Shown here one piece after another: positions 40,652 through 53,810 of a stretch of 64,000 bases of DNA (position 1 is its first letter; every line of letters starts with the position of its first letter). The notes below the pieces were generated by a model. The model was given only the letters and a program-made list of their open reading frames with translations, searched no databases and was not told where the DNA came from. Source of the stretch: Phoronis australis (lineage: Eukaryota; Animalia; Phoronida); the NCBI GenBank assembly GCA_002633005.1, contig NMRA01000318.1, positions 211,594 to 275,593 on the forward strand. Direction: 5' to 3'. The position numbers and the translations under genes are program-made.

Positions 40652-43600
40652 CTGTAATGCAGCAATGATTCAATTAAAAGTGTAACTGCAAAATAATGAG
40701 TGATATTAGCTCACTACGGTTCATAGAATGTAGAATGTGTTTGCCCGATTACACTAAATCACTAAAACAGAAACATTCAATAAATAGCAGCACCGAATAG
40801 ATTTTTGTTTTTAACACACCTTTATTCAAAGTGAACATAGGTGTCCACTTTGAGAAAATTATATATATTTTTTTATATTACTATAAAAGCACCATAGTTT
40901 AGGATGGTCAGCTGACCTTTAAACACTGGAGCTTGAGGAATTTACAAATCTTATTGAAAATTTATTCATTCTTATGAAAGCATTTTCTACTAGACATCAT
41001 TAATTTACATTTCTTATCAATCATTCTCAGTTGTGTTCACATGCCTTAAACTTTCTGTAAAATCAATTTTCATAGTCTGAATGAAGAATGGAGGAATTTT
41101 GCAATAAAATACGTCCATAAAATTAAAAATCTTCGTGTATAAGTTTGCCCAATGCAAATTTCAAGTACACAGTGCAATATTTGTGAATATTTCGAGTCTC
41201 ATTAAGTTGTCAGAAACTTGAGTCAAGGTCAACTCAAACTTTCCTGTTGCAGTTATAACAGTTTGGGCAATTAAACGCACCAACCATAAAATTCCCACTG
41301 GAAAAAAATTCCCTGTTCTAAACACATAAAGATATTCAACACACCTTAAGGAAAACAGTAGCCATAATTTACAATGTTGTCAAATTAGAAAAGCCTGGTA
41401 TATGTTCAAAACTTGTTCTTTCAACCAATGACCAACAGTTACTATACAATACTATAAAACCTATTAGGGAACAACAGAGGGCAAGTAGTCTAATCTGTGA
41501 GCAAATGTTTGTCTTTATGCGTTGATGTAGCGTAGGGTTATCACAGCACTGATATGGGCAATTGAGAGGCAAGAAAAAACAGTCTGACAGCCCCAATATA
41601 TTTTACTCAGTCGACTATTTTGTTGACACAGGTGTGAACAGCAGTTAACCGAGTGGACAGTAAAATTGACCGTGAGTGAATGGTCTCTGGAACTCTTTGA
41701 AAATTCTAGGAGTGTGCATTAAACTGACGAGACAGGTCCCCTAGTATCACTGAAGTCAGTTTTCAAGCACAGATGACTGAGCACTAATACGCTGCAGGGC
41801 TATCCAAACATTAATAACTTACCAAACGGTAATATTTCATATTCACAATCAAGATAAACTTAACAACAACTCATCAATAAAAGGACGAGCAATAAACAGA
41901 AGGGACAATTTAAGTCAAGTTCTCCCACAAAGCAATAGTTTAAAATCTTGACAAGGCCCAATGAGAATTATAACAATTATTTTTCATCTTCACAATGGGT
42001 GGTCTGCAACACAAAAAATTCACTGCAACAGCAGTACCATTGACTTTCTCTGGTCATGCAACAATAACTGGTGGGTTTTATGACATTAATAGTGTCATTT
42101 CTTAAATTACCAAGACAGATTCATCTGCTAAGTGATTAAGTAGCATCAAATAAAATGATGACTGGGGGTTACAGTTATAGTATTTCAACACAAGGGCAAC
42201 AATGGCAAACTGACAAAGAGGACAACACAAATTGTCAAGAACAGACACACTCTCATGTTTTGTAGATTTTTCAATTAAATGTGTTCGCAGTGCATTGTGA
42301 AAAGGTGTCAAAAGTGGAATGAAAGCAAACACCAAATACAGCCAGTTGTCATATCTGATAAATTCAAGACAACCCATAGTGTCAAGTGTTTTGTCAGGTA
42401 GATCATGTTTTATGATCACCTGAGATGAGACAAGTTTATAGACCCTTTCATATCAACTTAACTACAATACTACACGACAAGTCGATGTTAACTGCAAAGA
42501 CAGTTGAACCTTTCACAGAGTCCCCAATTTATCAAACCTTAATGCCTGTGTCATCAAAGTCCATGCAAGATGGCCCCGGAAACAGAATCATAGACGCGCT
42601 GTTTTTTTGAAAAATTTAAATTATTGTATACATGGTCAGGTAAGAAAAGAAGGGCTCATACTTCTGGTAGTAGAGCATGAACAAATAACACCACAGAATG
42701 TGCTGTCATTGACAGTGACGCATGCTGGTAACTAAAATGACACTATTTAGAGGCAACCTGAGGAACTGCTTGGATTTTTCATGACTATCAATTAAGTCAC
42801 AAAGACAACGGAACAATTACAGAAATTCAAAGGTGGATTAGGACAGCTGTTTTTTCATTTTATTTTTTCATATTTCATATTACAAGTCTCTTTATTCTAG
42901 TTCTCAGCTGATTGGCGGGAAGAATGAATACGAGAACGAAAACAGACTTTGGGATTAATAGCCACCTATTAACTATCAAAATACTATGATGAGTGCTGAT
43001 TATTTAACCTTATCAACAAGGGTGACTCACTGAAAATAAAAAACACGTAGGAGGGAAGGACCTTCATAATTCCCCAACTGACATTCAGCGAAACATGCCC
43101 TAGTTGGCCAATTAAAACTCCTAGATGAGTCTTCACAGCTTCACAACCTAATACCTATAGCGGATCTCCTGCAGTGTCCCCTGTGGGCCGAACACAATCC
43201 ATCTGTCATTTGCTGGCAAACTCACACAGGTGAGCGAGAGTCATGACCCTCAGAAAGGTACCAAAGTGATAGATGCCTGAGGGACCCACCGTGGGGTAAA
43301 AAAATGTCTGCTCTAATTTGATTTGTTCCGAAAAGAAACATACAAGTGTCAAGCGAATGTTGATGCAGAGAGCACTTGTAAACAGTGCCTTGAGGCTGAT
43401 TACTCGTGCAAAATAGGATGGAAGCTTAGATGCAAGGTGTACAAACACTCTATCAAATGTAATGAGACTTATTTGTACTGCATATCTTATAATAAACACC
43501 CTTTTGAAACAGTAATGGCGACCAGTGAGAGAATTAGCATTGCCCCAGGTAGTTTTCTTTATCAATCTGTGGGTCTATTGTCTCTGGTACCACTTTTCCT

Positions 43601-46205
43601 GGTTGCCTAGATATTGCGCTTACCTGGATTTCAAATGATGAGCTTGTTTGGTACTTTAATTGTTTAATTATAGTAGGAAATACCACAAAGTTATTGCTTG
43701 CAAAATAACAGTGTTTCAACCCCAATCTTATGAGGCATGCATCAAATCAGATCGTATTTTTCACCAGCATAAGAAATGTCTAACCTGGATCTCAAAAGCA
43801 TGACTGCAACAAAAATGAATTTAACATGTTTTTGCTTGGCTGATTAATTGAAATTATGACAGCTGTCAAAGTTATCCCAACTTGTATGTTTCCTCGACAA
43901 GTATTTTCTCTCTAGGTTCTGCTATGAGTCTATATGTTGGAATGTCACCACTGAATTTCATATAAAAATAATTGTCAGAATTGCTCTTTTCCGTTTTCAT
44001 GATCTTCTACTGTTGTTGAGAATGCTCAAAATTTTTTTTAAAACAATGTCTGACAGTAGCTACAATACAAAACTTGAGAAGGTCTAAAGAATTTACTCAT
44101 TTCAAATTATCTTTTAGAAAAAATTAACAAAATACACACAATCTGACATATTGTGCTTCTAAAATGGTGAAATTTTTACCGTAGTTAAAAACTGTTGACG
44201 CAAGTGTACGGCCACCTGAGAATAATTCCATTAAATGATTTCAAGTGGCCAGGGAAGGTAAATTTGGCAGGCAAACAAGGGAGAATACACCTGCACTGCT
44301 GTCATTAGGAAACAGTGAGATGAACAAACAACACTGAAATCTGAACTTAACTTCTCAATAACCACACCTGTAGTAATAGTAGAAGTTGAAGCAGAAGATA
44401 GCTCCCAACTCTGACACTTTTATAGAGTTTTCCTAGAACATGTATATATACCGACTGACTCTAGATAGAGTGACAGATACTCAATGGGTGCTACTCTGAC
44501 AGTCAATTAACAGTTTCCGTTCGGCATTAAGGGATTATAAAGTAATCACGCTTGTTTTCCTACTTTGACGCAAGCAAAATAATTCTTTTCACTACGCATA
44601 TTGCTACCACAAACATTAATAAATAATTCCATTCTAACCAGAAAGTTCTGAGGATTAATGTCAGCGGAAATGATGATACATAAGACAGCAGTGTCTGCTT
44701 CATCTTTGAGCCCCCACAAAATGACTTGGAGCATTAGAGACAAACTTCGTACTAATTGTCTTTTAGACTGGTCAAGAATGTGAAAGAACTAGCCCATTTT
44801 TCAACCGTTCCAAGTCAAGAACAGTACATCACAAACAAGATGAGAATATAATTACCCAAATTTACAGACTGGAGCCAAAATATAAGCTTTTACAACAACA
44901 TAAGACATAAGCTACAGACCCATGAAGAGCAGATAGCAGTCGACTGTTTTGAAAGTTTAATTTCAAATACCTTAAGCAAAACTAATAATGTTGACTACGG
45001 CCAAGATAAGGGTACTCAATCAACTCTACAACTGGGACCTAAAATAAGCATATCTACTCTAGTACAATGCCATTGTACAGTAATCATATGGCTGTCTGCA
45101 TAGGGTGGAAAATTCAAAATGACATCCCATTAAACGTAACCTGCAATTACTATAACGATATGATGTAAACAAGCTGTGTTGATCAGAATCGAAAAGAGGA
45201 AACAACATGGGGAGACAAAGTGAGGACTGTCGGTGAGCTGTAGTACACAACAGGAAATGGTGAAAAAAATAGGTGTTTCTCGGAATATACCTGCTATGAT
45301 AAAACTTTAAAAAGGAGTGATCATTTGTCTAATCACACCTTGGCTATTATAAATACGGGAAGCATGCGAAAACAGACATACAAAGATGGGTCAGGTATTT
45401 CAAAAGATCCACCCATGTTCTCGATAATTGAATTACATTTCATAATCCACAAATCTGCGTAAAGTTCTTCCTCAAAGTACTACATTTATGTTGAAAAAAT
45501 CAACATAATGAAATTTTGCTGAAACTGATTCATCAACCTTAGACTATATATGGCATTTCACTCTACAACAGCATTTTTCTGTTATTCTGTTTAAGGTACA
45601 GAGCTATGGTCTCCTGCAGGTTGTTGAGTACTTTACATTCTAAATTGGCAAAGCTAGACAACGGTAACCACAAACAAGAAAATTTAATGGCAGTTACAAG
45701 CAGAAACTAAAATGGTTATATTAATGTATCTAACTTTCAGAGGCCAGAGAGCTACCCACATCCATTGGGTCAACTCAAATATGCTGTTTTTCTTTTAAGT
45801 GGAAAGATAGTCTTACAAGTCAATGCTTTCTACTATACATAGAATCAAAATTTCAAGACTGACAAAAGCCTATGTAAGGAAAAAATTCTAGAAAAAATAA
45901 AAGACAAAAGTAAACAAATTTTGAAAACAAAAATGTTTTGAGCAGTCGAATTTCCTGGAGAAAAAATTGATTCCATAAACACACGTACATAGTTTATTAA
46001 TCCTACGATAAGGTGACCTTGCTCTGACCTTGCTTGGTTACCAAACAACAGAGTAATTCTCAGAAGAATTGAAAAATATAAATAGAAACCTTTCAAAATA
46101 GTAAAACTCTACAGACAAAAACTTGCACTAGGGTCAAAACTATGACAGAGAAAAATTCCAATACAATAAAATTGTTTTAAAAAGCACCTAGAAAAGACTG
46201 GTTAT

Positions 46206-46380
46206 AACAAAAACACCTTCGTAAGACATAACTCTTTCCACTCTCAACTTGTACACACAGCTTACCTTGGTGAGCTCAGCACGCTGTCGCACAACAAAAA
46301 CACCTTCATGAGACATACTCTTTCCACTCTCAACTTGTACACAATGCTTACCTTGGCGAGCTCAGCACGCTGTCGCACAA
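46206..46380. repeat. About 86-bp tandem duplication spanning the exon 12 3' end and splice donor
   Basis: Two near-identical copies starting aacaaaaacaccttc at 46206 and 46293. Both contain cttaccttgg (donor CCAAG|gtaag). Confidence 0.95.
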
Positions 46381-46579
46381 GTTTCTGTTGTAACATCTCT
46401 TCCTGCATCTGTGCCTCCACCATTTCTTCCTTCAGTCGTATGGCGTTCTTTCGCTTTGTCTCGTGTAGCTTATTCTGCAGTCGCCGCACTTGCTGCTCCT
46501 GCTTTTGACGAGCATACTCGGTCTCGCGAACTGTGTTGTAAAGCGAGTGTTCGATGTCTTCATTCTTGCTAACAGTTTT
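46352..46579 (-). CDS. Coiled-coil protein, exon 12
   Basis: attcag / gtaagc, phase 0-0, 228 nt. KTVSKNEDIEHSLYNTVRETEYARQKQEQQVRRLQNKLHETKRKNAIRLKEEMVEAQMQEEMLQQKLVRQRAELAK. Confidence 0.9.
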
Positions 46580-47636
46580 CTGAATCAGACGAAAGTGGAA
46601 TGTATTGACATGCTGCCATGTTAAATGAGTAGCCGTTTTCTCAATGTATGATGCATTTAAATTGAAATTGGCTCAGGTGTAATTCAAATTAAAATGTGAA
46701 TAAAATTTCTGGCAGTCTCGGCAAAAAAATTCTAGCTGTAATGTGAAATGGGCATCAGTTAGGTGGTATATTAAAAGTATATGAACTTTCACCTCACCAA
46801 GTTTTCTAAATTCCTCATGGCAGTTTTATGCAGTAATTTTCAGTGAATCTCAGATCTTTTGCCAGAGACTCCTTTAGATGTATTTATATCAAATCGATCA
46901 GAATCTTTTCCATGAGCATTCACTGACCCCCTCCACGCATATTCTCTGTCAGACGGCAGTACCAAGATATGATGGCTGACCAGTATACACCAGTAGCCTC
47001 GAGGATGACCTCAAACTTCACAGATGGCACCAGTGATGCAACAGTCATACTTGAAAATTGACTGCATTTGGGTGGCTATATGAGACCTTCACAAACACCC
47101 GGTGTTTAAAACAACTTTCTGTTCTTAATCTATACTGAGACAGAAAAAAGGAGACACTGCTCGTTCATTAGCATCACCTACTCTGTTTTTATACAAGGAA
47201 CAGTTGTCACAGTGCGAGCTGTCACAGTGCGACTTGCTCCACTTAAGCTGCATTTACACGACATTAGATCGCAAACTGGATCAACACGAGTCATTTGCAC
47301 AAGGACTGTCTGCGCATGCTCGCGTAAACAATAGCTAACATCCAAACCATGCAGAACGCCAGTGGGTCACCCGTATATACGCTACTGCGCAAGTGCATTG
47401 AAAGATGATCCTGTTCTGCCCTGCTCCAGTAGTGTGGTAGTTATGTAGTTGACACTGGAGCAACTGATCAAGTGCAACTCGCTCTACCTCTCAAACCGGT
47501 GTCAAATATGACCGCCGTGGTGTCAACTTGCTCTGTGTCAGCCATGTTCACACATGCACTTGCTCCCGATCAGCTGTTCCGTGCTAGTTGCTCCGTAACT
47601 GAATGCGGCTCCGTCTTCCAGTGCAGCCACAAACAG

Positions 47637-47768
47637 CAAACTTGTACTCAATAACACCAAACTTGTACTCAATAACACCAAACTTGTACTCAATAACACC
47701 AAACTTGTACTCAATGACACCAAACTTGTACTAAATAACACCAAACTTGTACTCAATAACACCAAACT
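47637..47768 (+). repeat. 21-bp minisatellite x6 plus partial (caaacttgtactcaataacac)
   Basis: Six copies with two substitutions. The partial seventh copy overlaps the exon 11 donor (gtgagtttg). Confidence 0.95.
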
Positions 47769-47771
47769 CAC

Positions 47772-47927
47772 TTGATAATGCTTCAGATGGTCCTCATGTT
47801 CACGTACACGTTGTTCACTGTACCTCTTCTGAGACTTCTCATACATGTGACTCTCGTGTTCCTCACTGCGCTCCTTTTTATCCCTCACTTGTTGGGAGAG
47901 CAGTGTCTTTTTCCTAACGTCATGTGC
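47772..47927 (-). CDS. Coiled-coil protein, exon 11
   Basis: gaatag / gtgagt, phase 0-0, 156 nt. AHDVRKKTLLSQQVRDKKERSEEHESHMYEKSQKRYSEQRVREHEDHLKHYQ. Confidence 0.85.
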
Positions 47928-48295
47928 CTATTCAACAGTAATGAAGAAAACAAATATAGTCTATTCGTTCTGTGTCTGTGTTTTTTCAGTGCATGTGATT
48001 AGTCGCATGGGACATTGTATCGACTTTGAACCCTGACAATCGACAAGTGCATGATATGTACTCTAGAAATCACATATGACTTCTGAATTGATCGAAAATT
48101 GGAGAAAAGTCTGACAAGCTCCACTTGAATGAAAAAGTCGTGACATTTTAGCTTCGAATTTGAGTTGGGACACCTAATTTCCCCTTCCAATTAGTTGTGT
48201 ATGACAGTCGACCACAGCGTACAGACAAGGCTTGAGGGCTTAGAAAAACAAGTTTTGCATACAGCTTTTCATTAAAGTCGATAAGATAATAGAAT

Positions 48296-48628
48296 TCAAA
48301 GGCACATTCTTGACAAGAAAAGTTTTACAGAAATTAGCAGCAACACCGAATCGAACCCACAAGCTCCCCAAAGCAGCTGAATGCTCTGCCACTTTGCCAA
48401 ATCACATGCGTTAAATAACAGAATATTTCAGAATTTTAAAATTAGTAAAGACACCGGAATTGACTTCAGCAAATGTTTGGCAGACAAAAAAATGAACTTT
48501 TGTATTAAAATCTTAAAAACCCAATGGATATTCTTGTTTTGTAGCTCTGGTCACTTCGAGATGTTTATCTCATCCAACAACAACCCCAAAAAAGTGTTTT
48601 GGACATAAAAATGATAATGTCTCCTTAA
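48296..48628. mobile_element. Kolobok-like element related to 39023-39609, with tRNA-like segment
   Basis: tcaaaggcacatt ... tgataatgtctccttaa. Minus-strand tggcaaagtgg (A box) and ggttcgattc (B box) at about 48336-48403. Confidence 0.6.
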
Positions 48629-49386
48629 AGAGTTAAACTATACAAATTTGAGAATTTTTGACACAATTTCATTGATGTTTTGAAATATTAGTGCTGAAAA
48701 TTGCCTAAAATAATCCTGGTATTTTTTCACCTAAAATTTTAACAGAAAAAATCTTGCATTGGGGCACAAATTCTTTGCTGGGAGTACTACCAAATTTTGC
48801 ACCAAATTTTGTCCATGAGGTGATCTTTGTTTACTCAAATTAAAATTCCAAGCCAGACTGCTCTTGACCAATGGCAGAATTGCAGCCAATGTTCTGACAT
48901 TTATTTATTCAATTAACTAACTGATGCTATCAGTCTCACAGATGTCTTTTCAACGACTGCCAATAGGGGGCTACAGAACTTGCTTGGGTTGTTCCTGGAT
49001 TGCATGGGAATACAACAGGTTAATGGAAATAATTCCAGGGAAATTTTCCTTTGAAATTTTTGGAATTTTGAAACACATTGGAACACTGCTAGTTTTAGGC
49101 AAGACTAGAAAACACTTAATTCTTAAATCCATTATTAAGACTTATCATTATGTAATCAAAGCAAGAAAAGTGAACGTCTCATACATTACTCATAACTAAG
49201 AACAAAAGTAGTAACATTTAGTAAATACTATACCATACATATCAAAGTTCTAAGAGAATTTCTCTTCACTGCCGTACAATTTATTATAAGGAAAATCACA
49301 AGAAATGTCAAGCATTCACTACGTTGCCATATGGTATGCAACCAAGTATGCTGGGGTATAAAACTTTATGTAGCGTATCGGCGTAC

Positions 49387-49514
49387 CTGCAGTTTTTGAT
49401 CTATCTGTTTCGATTTTAGATCTAACTCGGCATGAAGAGCGGCTTGATTTAACGCCTTCTGTTCTTGGGTGTTGTCAGTTAATGTGTTGCGAGTGTCAAG
49501 CAGCTGTCTGTTCT
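49387..49514 (-). CDS. Coiled-coil protein, exon 10
   Basis: tttttacag / gtacgc, phase 1-0, 128 nt. (E)NRQLLDTRNTLTDNTQEQKALNQAALHAELDLKSKQIDQKLQ. Confidence 0.87.
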
Positions 49515-52500
49515 CTGTAAAAAGAGGCAATAAAACAACAGTGAGCGAGTTTTGATACTCTCAGCTGGCAACAAATATGAACTGAACAGGTGTGAGTTTG
49601 TAGCTCTTATACGGCTGGGCTGCGAACTCAGTTACACACAGAGTCTGTACAGATGGAAAAATATACAATGGCAATGCCAGGGTACTGCTGAGGACCCGTG
49701 TGTGCCTGTGAACCCATAGCTAAAGCCACAGATTTGGAATTTTCAGCATGTGGCGACATGCAAAACAATTGACTAAAACCGAGGAGCAAAATTTCAAAAT
49801 GGCATACGAGAGAAACTTTCATCCTTAACAAAATGGTTGACGTTGACAAGTATTCAAAATTTAATATTGATTATTTAAATGAAAAATACTAAAATGGACA
49901 AAAGACCAATAAAACGGCACCAAATTTAACAAGTATACATATGCCACAAATAGCCGACCTGATCTTTGTAAAGTTTGAAAGCCATGCTCATATATGTGAG
50001 ACACTTGAGCAAAATGTTTGAGAAAATATGCATTATTCCTTCCCAATATAGGAGCATGACCTAAAAACATAACCAAAAAATTTTGAAACCAAACATTTTT
50101 TTTTCATAATCACACAATGACATATGATTGGCCCTACCTTTCACCCAAAACACGTTTAGTAACATTTTTAACATTTATTTTTTACAAATCTTTGTAAAGA
50201 GAGATTTTTTCAATCATTCATTTCACATTGAATGTTTGGTATGCACAACAACCAGTTCAGTCAAACAACAAATTAAAGTACTTCAGAGCTTACTTTGAAT
50301 CCCAAAATAAGACCTACTTGGCTAAGAACCTTGTTCTTATCTTAGACCAGATAAATTAACACTTCCACTTCAAGAGAACCTATCAGCCTCAAGACTTCAG
50401 TACACAAATGTGGCAGGGTTTTTTTACTTCCAAACTTCTGTTTTCTGTTTATGATAACCTACTATTGCCTGTCTCTATCATAGATCAAACGATCTTTTCA
50501 TCTGCCAAAGCACTGAGTGAGATGAATTATCCTCACTAGTTCAGGCAACGATATATATAGCCTCAAAGGTCAAGATGTTACACAAACTTTTTATGATATT
50601 TCTCGCATTAAATGCACTCACTGCTATCGTATGAAATCCAGCAAAACAAGAGAATAATAATACAAAGCAAAAGAAAATGTAATCAAGAACTAAAAACCTT
50701 CCAGCAAAACCCATAGCTATAAACAAGGGGGGAAATGAATAACATCATTGGAAAAGACAAAATTCCAACAGGTGTAGAGCACAATAATTCTTCTTGGCTG
50801 ACTTTTCTGACTTGTTGAGTGTGTCTATTTTAAAACAATACATTAAATCAGAGTTGCAGAATGGATTAGACAAGAAAAATTACGCCAAAGTTATCAAACA
50901 TGAAACATGCGACTCTGACAAAACAAAACAAAATGAAACAAACAAAAAAAATGACTCAGTCTAAAAAAAGTAAGGCAGACGTTTCTCATTACTCAGGTTC
51001 ACCATTTGACCAATCAACATATTCTCCTTCCGAAGTTGTTATTACACTGAAGAGGGCATTCTTGCTAAATTTCAAGAGGTGTAAAATTTAACAAAAAATG
51101 CCACCACTATAAATTTTTAGAATGACTGAAATATGCTTATAAGATGGCTCATTCTAAACCAATTATTCAAAAAACCCTGGCTGGCAATATCACTGCGTCT
51201 TTTAAGTCTACACATAAAATGTCCATTGTACACGTGTTATGCATAAACTGAAATCCCAGCTGCCCAAGGGTACATCAATATTCAACAAACAATTCATCTG
51301 TATTTAACAAATACTGCACGTGATATTATATAACACAAAACAATGTTTGTTTACACATATAATCTTCTTGCACTCAATGCCCTCACATACTAGTCACTAA
51401 AAACAAACGCAGCTCAAAGCTGGCATGTCTATACACATATTTCAGATCTGATTGAAAATCAGCACCAGGTGGAGGCACAATAGAGAGAGATACATTTTGC
51501 AATTTCCAAAGTTGACAATGATTATTATTAAATGCTCACAGAACACAAAATTAAAACATGTTACAGTGAAAGAAAACTCAACAGACTGCAACAAACAAAA
51601 CAAATATCTAAAATGCAGATGTCAAATCAAAGTTTTGATATCCAAATGAGACTTACATAATGTTGACGTTCTACCAAAGAGGAATATTTTCATATGTGTG
51701 GGGTGGAAACAAATAACAATCAAAGGTTCAAAATAGCAGATGACAGGTGGGAAAAATATTTCCCAACTGCATTTATCAGATTTCAGTTCACACTTCAAAA
51801 GCTCTCAGTTGTGTCATAAATTGGTTTATAGCAAAGTAGATATAATCACACATAAAGTGTCAAATTCATTGTTAAGGAATTTACGAGCATTTCTAAACAG
51901 TAACTCATGTAGAAATTGAAGCCTACTACAACCACAAATGACACTGGGGAGAGTCTCAAAGTAACTGCTGAATACTTGAGTCATGCATTTCACAGAATAT
52001 GGCACCCACATTTTCCAGATCACCTTTGTATCTGTTTAAACGGAACTACAGTATGAAAGAATACACAGTGTTTTCATTCAGAGAATGAAAAAAAGGTGCT
52101 TAATATTGTAAATGTAAGGGCACAATTCTAGACAAGTCAATTTTCAGACTTTTCAATTGTTGGCCAAAAAAAAAACATAACGGAGGTTTCCAGTAATTTG
52201 GCAACAGCCATTCTTTCAAACAAAACAAACTGAGCATGTGACTGCCATGTCTGTTGCATTTTTTGTGGAAACTCGCTAGTGTGTGTCTCCACAAGTTCAT
52301 CATAAGCAATTTTGTACAGAACTATGCAACAGGTAACACTACAGTGTCCTTAAGTGGAATAGATAACATTCACTGCTAGGTAATTTATGTTCAAACACAT
52401 ATTGATGAAAGTTCATCTTTGACAGTGGTGCCCTCTTACAGAAAAATAATGATCAACTCAAAGCCATGATTAGCCACCATTATTGATTTGAAAATGAAAA

Positions 52501-53709
52501 GCTACAGCAGAAGTACCATGGTGTGAAATACATCCCTGTACACAACAAGCAAAGTTGCAATTTAAAGTCAAACAATGCAATGCTTAACCATAAAATGTAA
52601 TGCTATCTTATTAAGGATTCACGGTAGATAAGCTGACCATTTTTCCATGCTCCTCTTTAAAATGTGTAAAATTTCAATCTACAGCATTTCAAAATTGACT
52701 CAAAACTTGAACAAAAGAAAATAATTATTTTTAGTCATTCATTTTTTATGAAAAAGCACATTTTTCTCATTCCGTTTCTCAAAAAGTCCCATAGTCTAGT
52801 TCTGAAGTCACGAACAAACAAATACAAGAATAAAGTCATCACAGAGCTCACACTTTTTGTAATTTGCTTTTGAAATTTGGCAGATATGATATTTTACTTT
52901 TGCATCAAAAAATAAAGCCATCCTTAGATTTAAAGTTCACCTGGATTTTATTTCAAATTAGGTGATTTTTTAAAAATTAATTAACACACGGCTGAGAACT
53001 AAACTCCAACGCATTGCCGCCACCGTGAAATTTCATGAACTGAGATAAAACATGACACGCAGTCCTAACATGCTACTTTTGGTCAACTTTCACTCTGAAA
53101 ATCTATCAATGTAGTATTCAAGTTTTACTGCACCTAACACAAACATGCCAGAGAGTAAGTTACATTGTACAGTAACTAACTTAACTGTTTGTGTGCAACT
53201 AAGCCTTGAACTTTTTTCTTAAAATTTCGAAATATCCTTGAGCCAAAATCAAAATGGCTACCGGACCTTAGTGCCCATTCTACCAAAGGTTCTCTGTGTA
53301 GTGGTGTCATAATTGACCAATTCGTGGTTGGTTTAAGCTTATGGGCTATAGCCAGTTCTTTCCAGTCAGCAACCATCCAAGTGCACTGAACAGTGGTATA
53401 GAATAAAAGACCTCCAGAGGTGGGATCAAACTGACAACTTTGCCGTATTCAAACCAATTTCACTTTTCACAAAAAATGTAAGAGAAGAATCAAAGGCTAA
53501 GATGATAAGAAAATTCAAAAAATGTCAAAATCCAAAATTCGGAGTAAGTAACCTCCTCTAACATGAGAATATAATAATTTTGCCAATAGACAAGAAAACA
53601 AGGATGGTTAAAGCATACAATACATTGCCAACTGAAAATTAGTACTCTATGTATGATTAAAAAATCTGAAATGTAATTTAAAACACAAAACACAAGCAGA
53701 ACTGCCTAC

Positions 53710-53810
53710 CTTCTCTATTTTTCATGTTGAGGTTTCCTCTATTCAGCGTCAAGTCTGCACTTAACTTTCGTCGCATCCGAATGGCGGTCTTCACATTTCC
53801 ATCACTTTTT
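53710..53810 (-). CDS. Coiled-coil protein, exon 9
   Basis: ctttcag / gtaggc, phase 2-1, 101 nt. KSDGNVKTAIRMRRKLSADLTLNRGNLNMKNRE. Confidence 0.85.

Noticed and set aside
47637-47768. Regular short repeats as a possible CRISPR-like array
   Set aside because: Head-to-tail 21-bp units with no unique spacers, in a eukaryotic intron. The same applies to the 16-bp array at 40343-40406.
49590-49640. Plus-strand hairpin (tgagtttgtagctc / gggctgcgaactca) as a possible pre-miRNA
   Set aside because: The stem is only about 14 bp with three G-U pairs, lies antisense to the host gene, and matches no miRNA I recognise.
50989-51046. Possible alternative terminal exon VITTSEGEYVDWSNGEPE*
   Set aside because: It needs a phase-2 donor but lies in a phase-1 intron, where it would read V-stop. 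There is no other support.
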